This document shows, piece by piece, positions 1 to 7,733 of a DNA stretch of 60,169 nt (the stretch's first letter is position 1; every line of letters begins with the position of its first letter). The notes under the pieces are model-generated. The model made no database searches and was not told where the DNA came from. It worked only from the letters and a program-made list of their open reading frames with translations. The stretch covers positions 1 through 60,169 of the forward strand of contig JAJZPH010000006.1 of NCBI GenBank assembly GCA_021811265.1, given 5' to 3'. The stretch comes from a bacterium. GTDB taxonomy: Bacteria; Chlamydiota; Chlamydiia; Chlamydiales; SM23-39. A program made the translations under genes and the position numbers.

Positions 1-111
1 TCCGATCTAGCTGCTGTTGTTGCTGTCATCATAATCATCTCTTTCTTTTGTCAAAGGATGATAGTCAATTTGCAAGAAAAAGTCACGAAAAAAATTGGGG
101 ATTGTGAATTC

Positions 112-1689
112 TTAAGTTGTTTCTTCTGAGATGGATAGATTTTTTTGAAGCAGGGGGTCTTCTTTTTGCTCGGTTAGTTCTGAAAATTTACGGTCGAGGA
201 TTTTAATGGAAATAATCCATCCGGAAATGGTGACGATCATTAAAATAAAAATTAAAGGAGAACAGGCAATGGGGGTGGAGAAGAACATAAGTAGAATTTG
301 AAGGACAAGAGAACTGCCCGATTTTCCCAAACGAGAGCCAATGCCGTCGATGGCCGATTTTCCTTTCAACTTTGTTTCGTCAGACAGAGGAATAAAGGCC
401 ATTTCTTTCGTGCTATCGAAGACGGTATATTTGGCAGATCTGCTCATCACGTTTTGCAAAGAGCCGAAAAAGACGCAGAGCATCAAAGGAGATGCTCCTA
501 AAAAGGAGTAGATCAGCTGGCTGGCAAAATCAAAATGGCGCAGAAAGAGAAAGGTGAAAAACCCGATGCCCGTAAGGCCAATGATCACAGGAGTCGCAAG
601 AGCTGCCCAGCGCCAACCGAGGCGGCGAATGATATTTCCTGTAAGAAAATAGGAACCTAAAGTGGCCAACAGCCCTGTGTAAAAGGTAATTTTACTCATA
701 TTGGCCGTATATTTTCCTGGATCGCGATAGAGCTCGTTCATTTGTGATTTCCAAACCACTTCGGTTAAGTTGATGATTAGATTGTAGGCAAGAACAAGAA
801 TTGCAATGTGGATAAGGTAACTGGATTTGGCAATGTAGCGTATGGTTTCACGCAGAGACATTTTGGGTTTTTTGGGAGGAGAAAAGTTGGAGGTGGTGGA
901 TGAAGGAGCGTCTGTAAAAATGTGCTGGTTCATCCAGCGAAAGAGCAGGATGCAGAAAAGACCACACAGGATCACGATTCCCATAAAGAGGAAAAAGGTC
1001 TGATCCCAGGAGGTTTTTGCCCCAAAAAAAACTAAGAAATTTGGAATGGAGGTGGAGTTTTCCATGTGAGAGACGAGAGATTCTCCAAACTCGCCTGCGA
1101 TCATGCCAGACGCGTTGACTCCGATACCAAAAAGTGCATAGAAGCGTTTGGCTTCTGTGACGGAAGTGACTGCATTGGCAAAGCCCCAAAGAAGCACGGA
1201 CAGGATGATGTTGCTCCAGGATTCTGCCATCACGTAAAAAAGAGAGAACATCCAGTAGCGAATCAACGCAATGAGCCCTTTAAATCCCGAAGGAAGAACG
1301 CCTTGTAAAAAATCTGCCAAATGATCGCAATAGAGAGCTTCTCGGTAGGGATAGAGGAAAATGGTAAAGAGGAAAAAGAAGAGAAGAAAGAAACCCATGA
1401 CGGAATAAAATAACTTTTCGCGAGAAAAATGTCCTGCGAGCTTTGTAAACACATAGGTCATGAGAATGGCAGAGGGAAGGACTGCCCAGACTTTCAAAAA
1501 AGGAATGACCTCAGCGCCAGAATGGGGGGCTGTGATGATGAGCGGGTCTTTGAAAATGCGGAGAAGGTGGTAATTGATGGAAACGAGAAAAAAAAGAAAA
1601 AGCATAGGTACGAATTTGAATAGCTCGTACCGGTGAATGGGCCACAAAAACGACCGAATTCTACTGAATCCCGCGTCGTCGACGGCCAT
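112..1689 (-). CDS. Npt1/Npt2 (TLC family) nucleotide / ATP-ADP translocase
   Basis: 525 aa multi-TM protein with TLC motifs: WPIHRYE..KF.PM, KD.LI.TAP.SGAEVIPFLKVW, LWGFAN....TEAKRFY, KY..FD.TKEMAFIPL, KGK.AID..GSRLGKSG. Confidence 0.95.
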   Translation of the reverse strand: MAVDDAGFSRIRSFLWPIHRYELFKFVPMLFLFFLVSINYHLLRIFKDPLIITAPHSGAEVIPFLKVWAVLPSAILMTYVFTKLAGHFSREKLFYSVMGFFLLFFFLFTIFLYPYREALYCDHLADFLQGVLPSGFKGLIALIRYWMFSLFYVMAESWSNIILSVLLWGFANAVTSVTEAKRFYALFGIGVNASGMIAGEFGESLVSHMENSTSIPNFLVFFGAKTSWDQTFFLFMGIVILCGLFCILLFRWMNQHIFTDAPSSTTSNFSPPKKPKMSLRETIRYIAKSSYLIHIAILVLAYNLIINLTEVVWKSQMNELYRDPGKYTANMSKITFYTGLLATLGSYFLTGNIIRRLGWRWAALATPVIIGLTGIGFFTFLFLRHFDFASQLIYSFLGASPLMLCVFFGSLQNVMSRSAKYTVFDSTKEMAFIPLSDETKLKGKSAIDGIGSRLGKSGSSLVLQILLMFFSTPIACSPLIFILMIVTISGWIISIKILDRKFSELTEQKEDPLLQKNLSISEETT

Positions 1690-1808
1690 ACCCCTCCTTT
1701 GTGCGCATGGAAATCAAAGCTCTTCCTCTTTGCATTTATATTATATGGAAAGCAATGATCTTGTCATTGAAAAAAACAATTTTTCTACTTTCAATAAAAG
1801 CTTTGATG

Positions 1809-1896
1809 TATACACAAAGAACTTGGAAAATCGGCTTCTGGAGCACGCCAAAAACTCGGGGTTGAAAGATCGCATTTTCCAAGTTCTTTGTGTATA
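1809..1896. mobile_element. Palindromic miniature element (MITE/RPE-like family A), 88 bp copy
   Basis: Perfect 23-bp terminal inverted repeat TATACACAAAGAACTTGGAAAAT / ATTTTCCAAGTTCTTTGTGTATA; related copies elsewhere in window. Confidence 0.85.
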
Positions 1897-1964
1897 GACA
1901 ATCTCTTATGCCGAAATTGTTTTTTTACATAAGGAAAAATTGGTTTGGGAATAATTTAAAAAAT

Positions 1965-3809
1965 TTATTTTTTTTGCAATAAAGGGTCGAATGCGTTGGA
2001 AAAATAACTGGAGACTTCTTGAAAGGCCGGACTGCTTGTTTCGATCTCTTGATCTTCTAAATTTTTTACTGAGATGATTTCAAATTGCCGCGCTTGGAAG
2101 ATTTTTTTTTGTAGTTTTCCAATCAGACGTCCTTTGGCGTTGAGCAGAGAAAGGAAATAGGGAGCCTCTCCTCCATTTTGGTGGACGGTGAGGATGTAGG
2201 GCCAGGGGTGTGGGGCAAAAAGAGAAACTCCGTCAAAAAAGGAAGAAAAGGAGAGGTCCTGCGTAAGGAAGTGGAGCAGAGTTGGAAAGATGTCGATGTG
2301 CGATGTCATCTCTGTTTGGACTTTCAAATGGTGATGAGGAAAGTGATAAAAAATGGGAATGCGCGTTTGGGGATTATTGAGATGAGTCCCATGAAAAAGA
2401 GCCTCTTCTTCAAAAAACTCCTCTCCATGATCTGCTGTAAAGACAATGATCGATGAGTTGTAGAGATTTTTTTCTTTGAGATGCTCTAAAAAAGATCCAA
2501 AGAGAGAGTCGACGTAGCTGAGGGCATTGTAGTAGCGGTTTTTGACTGCTAGAAGAGAGGATCTGCTTTGAACCAAAAAAAGGTAAGGAATGGTTGCGGC
2601 CATTGGTGCAAAGCGTGTGGGGAAATTTTTAGGGCAGCTGTATTCTGAATGGGTAGAATCTAAAAAAATGATAAAGCAGTTTCCTTCTCTATTCTCTTCG
2701 AGAGAGATGGCATTTTTCAAAAGAGATACAGCAGTTCTATCGCGCTCACAGACCTCTATGCTTTGTTCGATGGCGCAATAGTGGTCGGCCAGTTCATGTC
2801 CTTTTCCAAAAATGGATGTGTCCATGAGAAAATATTCGAGTTCCGCAGAAGAAAAGAGGTGAATTTTGTACCCCAGCTGCTTTAACAGAGCAAGGGGCAG
2901 GCTTCCGTTTTGCTCTCTATATTCTCTCCAGTAGAAGGGAAAGATGGAATGAAAAATCGAAAACCAGGAGATCGGAGAGAAATTCGCAGAAGAGTAGGTC
3001 AGAGGAAGGGCGAGATTCTCTTTTTGAAAGGAAAAAAGGGATGGCGCTGTCTTTGCATCGATGGCATCTTTGCGCAAAGACTCCACAATGAAAAGGTAGA
3101 TGTTGGGAAGAGGAGTTGTTTGTTTTTTATAGTGGGGAAGTAATTTGTGGCATTCGATGGGTTTGAGAGATGAGGAAAAAGAGATTGAGGCGAGAGGATG
3201 TGGAGAAAAAAGATTTGTGCCCCAAGGTAGTCGATGTTGATAGCGATTGTGAAAAGAGGGCAAGAGCGTTGCTGTGATTGCAAGGTCGAAAAAGAGAAGA
3301 AATGAGAAAAAAACTCCCGCAAGTTTGCACACGAGAGAAAAAGAAAGATGGAAAGGTCTTTTTTGCGTAAATCTTTTGGTGAATCTCTCGACCCAAAGAG
3401 CAATAAAAGGCAAAGAGAAAAGAGCTGTTGCAATGAGTAGAAGAATGGGGGTGTTGATATTGGCGGCGCGAAGAGAGAGGAACAGTTTTCCTACCCCCTG
3501 ACCCAAAAAAATGTTGATGCCATGTGAAAGAGGCGCATCCATCAGGGAAAGAAGAAAAAAATCGACGATATAGACCAAAGGCAGAAAGAAGAGCAGAACT
3601 ACCCAGGCCTTGTAGAAAAAAGAGCATTTCTTCTCGATCCAGAAGGTTATTGTGATCAAGACAAGGACGCTGATCATTGTTTGACAAAGGGATTCTCCAA
3701 GAAAGAAAAAACCTCCTTTCGAAAACGGAAGAGAAAAAATTTGAAGAAAAAAGAGCAGAAAAAAAAGAAAACCAAAATAGAGATAGTTAAAAGAAAATTT
3801 TGTCGACAT
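1965..3809 (-). CDS. Inner-membrane sulfatase-like/alkaline-phosphatase superfamily protein (YejM/PbgA/LtaS-like)
   Basis: About 5 N-terminal TM helices, then PNIYLFIVESLR, FLDSTH.EY, RYYNAL.YVD, IVFTADHGEEF, HIDIFPTLL; start placed at MSTKF (3809). Confidence 0.8.
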   Translation of the reverse strand: MSTKFSFNYLYFGFLFFLLFFLQIFSLPFSKGGFFFLGESLCQTMISVLVLITITFWIEKKCSFFYKAWVVLLFFLPLVYIVDFFLLSLMDAPLSHGINIFLGQGVGKLFLSLRAANINTPILLLIATALFSLPFIALWVERFTKRFTQKRPFHLSFSLVCKLAGVFFSFLLFFDLAITATLLPSFHNRYQHRLPWGTNLFSPHPLASISFSSSLKPIECHKLLPHYKKQTTPLPNIYLFIVESLRKDAIDAKTAPSLFSFQKENLALPLTYSSANFSPISWFSIFHSIFPFYWREYREQNGSLPLALLKQLGYKIHLFSSAELEYFLMDTSIFGKGHELADHYCAIEQSIEVCERDRTAVSLLKNAISLEENREGNCFIIFLDSTHSEYSCPKNFPTRFAPMAATIPYLFLVQSRSSLLAVKNRYYNALSYVDSLFGSFLEHLKEKNLYNSSIIVFTADHGEEFFEEEALFHGTHLNNPQTRIPIFYHFPHHHLKVQTEMTSHIDIFPTLLHFLTQDLSFSSFFDGVSLFAPHPWPYILTVHQNGGEAPYFLSLLNAKGRLIGKLQKKIFQARQFEIISVKNLEDQEIETSSPAFQEVSSYFSNAFDPLLQKK

Positions 3810-4008
3810 GTTGGAGAGTGTAGCATTTTTCTTGTTTTTCTCAAGATTTGCAACTATCCTCTTTGTCGGATAGGTTTTTTCTTCGATTTGATAAGGTTTA
3901 GGGCCGGAGCGTGTAGAAATGAACAGGTATCGCAGGATTTTATGGCAGTTGCTTGCAATCTCTTTTGGAGGCAATAAACTGCAGCATTTGTGTTTGGTTA
4001 TTCATCTG

Positions 4009-5682
4009 TTGAAACATCGATGGTCTATGCACAAAGAACTTGGAAAATCGTTTTTTGAAGATACGCGAAAATCCTCGCGGTTGGAAGATCGTAAACTACC
4101 CAATATTAATGAAATATGGGATAGTTTACGATCTTCCCTCCCCGAGCTTTTGGCATGCTTCAGAAACCGATTTTCCAAGTTCTTTGTGTGTAGACGATTG
4201 CACTATGTTTTTCTTTCCCTTTTGATCGTTCCTTCTTTTTTATGCCCAAAGAACTTGGAAAATCGGTTTCTGAAGCACGCCAAAAACTCGGAGTTAAAAG
4301 ATTTTTTCGTAGCTTCAAAAACCGATTTCCCAAGTTCGTTGGGAATACATGCCGAGAGTGAAATTCTTCCTGTATTGATTTTAGGCGGAGGCATGGGAGG
4401 GCTTACTTCTGCCCTATATTTGGGAAGAGGAGGGATCGAAGCTACGGTCATTGAGGGCAAGAGCGCGGGAGGTGCTCTTACCAGTGCGCATTTGGTGGAG
4501 AACTGGCCCGGAGAAAAGAGCATTTCAGGTAGTGCTCTTATAGAAAAAATAAGAGAGCAAGCTGCAAGCTATGGCGCGCGCTTCTTGACGGAAGAGGTGG
4601 TAGAGGTCGATGTGTCCAAAGCTCCCTTTAAAGTGGTGACGAAAGGAGTTTTGGATCAAAAAACGCACGAGAGAAAAGCTTTTTCTTTGATCATCGCCAT
4701 GGGGTCGACTCCCAAAATGCTTTCCATTCCCGGCGAAAGAGAGTATGGGGGAAAAGGGGTCTCTTTTTGTGCAGCATGCGATGGAGCTTTTTATCGAGGA
4801 AAAAAGGTGGTTGTGATTGGAAGCGGCGACGTAGCAATTGGAGATGCGGAGTATCTTTCTCATTTGTGTGAAAAAGTCACTTGCATTGTAAGGAAAGGCT
4901 CTTTGAGGGCAAAAGAGATCAAGCGAAAAGAGGCTCTTGCCAAGAAAAAAAATGTAGAGGTCTATTTTAATACTCAAGTTGTATCCATCGAGGGCAATGG
5001 CCAAAACGTGACCCATATTGTGGTGCAAAATGCTGAAGGGAAAAAAACAAAGCTGGTCACAAATGGCGTTTTTATTGCGATTGGGCACACTCCTAACACA
5101 GAACTTTTTCAAGGGAAGTTAGATCTTAGTGAAGAGGGATATATCCTTCTCAAACATGGGCAAGAAACTTCCCATCCTGGTGTTTTTGCCGTTGGAGAAA
5201 TCGCCGACCCACAGTTTCAGCAAGCAATTACCGCAGCAGCAGAGGGAGCAAGAGCTGCTCTGCAAGCAGAAGCATATTGCTCTTCTGCTCTTTCGGCATC
5301 TTCTGCAAAGGTGCAACTGGCTGAAAAAAAGAGCTCCTATCAGATGGTGGAGATTACATCCACAGAGCAGTTTCGCAAAGAACTCAAAGAGTTTCCCGGA
5401 TACGTTCTTGTGGATTTTTATGCTACCTGGTGTGCGCCCTGCCAGCGTCTTTCCTTTCTTCTCGATCAAAAAATCAAAAACTCCCAAGAAAAAATTAAGG
5501 TGCTGAAAGTCAATGTTGAGCAGCATCTGTTTCTTGCAGAGAAGTATGATGTCCGGCAAATGCCTACACTTCTTATTTTTGATCCCGATAAAAACCTTGT
5601 GGAAAGAAAAACAGGCCTTTTTGAAATTTTAGACAGCCTCTCCTTTCTGGAAAAAGAAGGAGGCAGTCAAAAGGTTAAATAA
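4009..5682 (+). CDS. trxB: Thioredoxin reductase fused to C-terminal thioredoxin; N-terminal region carries in-frame repeat insertions (start uncertain: 4009, 4027 or 4186)
   Basis: GGGMGGL FAD motif, VENWPG, GVSFCAACDG active site, GSGDVA, TSHPGVFAVG, QAITAA; C-terminal VDFYATWCAPC thioredoxin domain. Confidence 0.9.
   Translation: MKHRWSMHKELGKSFFEDTRKSSRLEDRKLPNINEIWDSLRSSLPELLACFRNRFSKFFVCRRLHYVFLSLLIVPSFLCPKNLENRFLKHAKNSELKDFFVASKTDFPSSLGIHAESEILPVLILGGGMGGLTSALYLGRGGIEATVIEGKSAGGALTSAHLVENWPGEKSISGSALIEKIREQAASYGARFLTEEVVEVDVSKAPFKVVTKGVLDQKTHERKAFSLIIAMGSTPKMLSIPGEREYGGKGVSFCAACDGAFYRGKKVVVIGSGDVAIGDAEYLSHLCEKVTCIVRKGSLRAKEIKRKEALAKKKNVEVYFNTQVVSIEGNGQNVTHIVVQNAEGKKTKLVTNGVFIAIGHTPNTELFQGKLDLSEEGYILLKHGQETSHPGVFAVGEIADPQFQQAITAAAEGARAALQAEAYCSSALSASSAKVQLAEKKSSYQMVEITSTEQFRKELKEFPGYVLVDFYATWCAPCQRLSFLLDQKIKNSQEKIKVLKVNVEQHLFLAEKYDVRQMPTLLIFDPDKNLVERKTGLFEILDSLSFLEKEGGSQKVK
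4026..4192. mobile_element. Family A palindromic element, long 167 bp copy with internal hairpin
   Basis: Arms TATGCACAAAGAACTTGGAAAATCG / CGATTTTCCAAGTTCTTTGTGTGTA; internal IR GAAGATCGTAAACTA...TAGTTTACGATCTTC. Confidence 0.85.
4241..4347. mobile_element. Family A palindromic element, 107 bp copy inserted in frame
   Basis: Arms TATGCCCAAAGAACTTGGAAAATCGGTTT / AAACCGATTTCCCAAGTTCGTTGGGAATA; core GAAGCACGCCAAAAACTCGG shared with the 1809 copy. Confidence 0.85.
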
Positions 5683-5683
5683 A

Positions 5684-5702
5684 TCCAAGTTCTTTGTGTA
5701 TA
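5684..5702. repeat. Solo arm of family A element directly after the trxB stop codon
   Basis: TCCAAGTTCTTTGTGTATA is identical to the right terminal arm. Confidence 0.7.
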
Positions 5703-5780
5703 AATCATCTGAAATATCTGCCTTTTTCATAGAGCGGCATATCCAAAACTCGCGTTAAAGCAATGATTTGTTTTTAGAAG

Positions 5781-6347
5781 TTACAAGTTTGCCTCATGTT
5801 GCAGCCAGAACTTTGTGGGATGAGATTTGCGAGATATGAGAGATGAATAGAATTCTTCACTTGCTGAAGTTGAGATTGTGATTTTACCAGCGTGTGGAAA
5901 AAAATGGAGAATCTCGTAGAACTTGGATGTAATTATTGAATCGTTAGTGTCGCATTCGCGGGTTGGCAAGCGTGGAAAAGCGTGAAAAATTCTTATTTGC
6001 GTAGGGCCGTCTACTTGCAAGAGCAGCTTTTCATCGTTTTCGATAAAGGCTGGAGCCTTTTGGCCGAAAAGAAGATTGAGAAGACAAATCACAAAACGCC
6101 CAAGGCAATCTGGGGTCCATTGATTCCCATAGAAAAAAGGATCTGGAGTGGTTATGAGCTTTCGGAAGACCAAAGTGGGTTTTTCATCCTCCGATGAAAG
6201 AAGCGGTGTGGATTCTGAGGAAGATTTCTGTGCAGCTTTCTGAGCTTCTTGATTTTTAAAATAGCAGAACACTCCAAGAGGATTATCGAGAGAGTGATTG
6301 GGAGGGTAACAATAAAAACATTTAATTGCGCAAGAGTCTGTTGTCAT
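5781..6347 (-). CDS. Hypothetical protein
   Basis: 188 aa ORF filling the gap; AAGGAA upstream of ATG; no recognisable motif. Confidence 0.6.
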   Translation of the reverse strand: MTTDSCAIKCFYCYPPNHSLDNPLGVFCYFKNQEAQKAAQKSSSESTPLLSSEDEKPTLVFRKLITTPDPFFYGNQWTPDCLGRFVICLLNLLFGQKAPAFIENDEKLLLQVDGPTQIRIFHAFPRLPTRECDTNDSIITSKFYEILHFFPHAGKITISTSASEEFYSSLISRKSHPTKFWLQHEANL

Positions 6348-6438
6348 GTAAAATTCCTTTATTTATTTTTTTATATATATTTATAATGCTTAGATAAATA
6401 ACAGACACCATAAAGAATTAGTTCTTTTTTTAGAAGAA

Positions 6439-6672
6439 AAAATGTAGATGTTCACCCAATGCTGTCAACTTAAGAATTCGAGAGCTGTGCTTTCGATCTT
6501 TCCCCGAAAAGCTCGCTCTACGGGTATGCCTGTAGAGCGAGCTTTTTTGGAAACCAGTATTAGGTTTCCAAAGGACTTGAAGTCCTTTGGTGGGGTTTTA
6601 AGGGGCAAAGCCCCTTAAATTGACAGCATTGGATGTTCACCTCCTTTGTCGGGAGGTGAACATCTACATTTT
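6439..6672. repeat. Multi-hairpin intergenic element with terminal inverted repeats (family B)
   Basis: AAAATGTAGATGTTCACC-CAATGCTGTCAA pairs with TTGACAGCATTG...GGTGAACATCTACATTTT; five internal stem-loops. Confidence 0.7.
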
Positions 6673-6755
6673 CGAAGTTGTTTTTTATTTCTCGTGTAAA
6701 ATGCGTGTTTGCTTCTATAATAATTGAATTAAAAAACTGAAGAAAGAGGCTAAAG

Positions 6756-7697
6756 ATGTTAAGAGGAGTAGTAAGTTCTGCAGAAGGTTCGGATAAAAGC
6801 CGTGCAATAGGTACAGGGGCAACAAATGTGAGTGTAACCAGTAGAATTGTAGGGATTTTCGGAGTAACCATTGCATCTTATGTCGGCGTTTTTTATCTTT
6901 TACCGCGCGCTCTTTCTTACCTTTCTTCTTCCTCTCTTTTTTCGCAAAAGGCTGTTGTTGGTTTTGCGGGAGTTTTATCTATTTTTTGTAGTGGAAAATT
7001 TATCTACGACCCTTCGGTAGTAAATTTTTTAAGCGTTGCTCTTGCTACTACTGTTTGTGTCGGATCTTTCTTTGTACACCCGATTCCTATTTGTATTTTG
7101 AGCTGTTTGATGATTGCTTTTGAAGAATTACAAGATTTTTCCTCTGAAGAGAAAGGAATACCAAGACGTCTTATTAGTGTTTTTAAAACGCTACTTGCTA
7201 TTGGCGTTCTTTGTTTTAATTCAGTAGAGGTTTTTGCTTTGTTTTCTTTGATGTTGGGCTTGGACGTTCTTGTCGGAAGCAAGAAAAAAGGTGAAAAAAC
7301 AACTTCAATAGAAGGGCGGCTTGGTATCGAAGGGTTAATATTTTTGGCCATGCTGTTTTTTTATTTCGGCAGTAGTTCTTCTTCCGGTGCGCAACCACGC
7401 GAGTGGTTGCAACGGTTGATGAATAAATTGCACGTTTCGGATTTGTCTCAATATGCATGGTTCCAACAGATGCAGAACTTTTTTAAAGCCAACTTACCTT
7501 TGATGAATAAATTGCATGTTTCGGATTTGTCTCAGTATGCATGGTTCCAACAGATGCAGAACTTTTTTAAAGTCAACTTGCCTTCCTTCCAGATCGACGA
7601 GTGGATGCCATTGTTGCAAAGCTTTTTTAATGGTAACCTATCTTCTCTACATCCAAGTGAGTGGATTGGGCAATTAAAAACCCTTTTGCATGTATAG
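6756..7697 (+). CDS. Hypothetical multi-pass membrane protein with C-terminal 28-aa tandem repeat
   Basis: 313 aa; several hydrophobic segments; LMNKLHVSDLSQYAWFQQMQNFFKxNLP twice. Confidence 0.7.
   Translation: MLRGVVSSAEGSDKSRAIGTGATNVSVTSRIVGIFGVTIASYVGVFYLLPRALSYLSSSSLFSQKAVVGFAGVLSIFCSGKFIYDPSVVNFLSVALATTVCVGSFFVHPIPICILSCLMIAFEELQDFSSEEKGIPRRLISVFKTLLAIGVLCFNSVEVFALFSLMLGLDVLVGSKKKGEKTTSIEGRLGIEGLIFLAMLFFYFGSSSSSGAQPREWLQRLMNKLHVSDLSQYAWFQQMQNFFKANLPLMNKLHVSDLSQYAWFQQMQNFFKVNLPSFQIDEWMPLLQSFFNGNLSSLHPSEWIGQLKTLLHV
7416..7583 (+). repeat. 84-bp tandem duplication (2 copies) within CDS
   Basis: Units start at 7416 and 7500; few substitutions, mostly synonymous. Confidence 0.9.
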
Positions 7698-7733
7698 TAT
7701 ATGCTCTCAAAGTCCCTCGCTTTGTAGATCCTC

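Noticed and set aside
1-38. Possible start of a minus-strand gene (MMTATTAARS)
   Set aside because: Truncated by the window edge; too short to support
1637-1897. 86-aa ORF ending TKNLENRLLEHAKNSG
   Set aside because: Largely a translation of the element and antisense to the npt start; the same applies to 12340-12600 and 34674-34880
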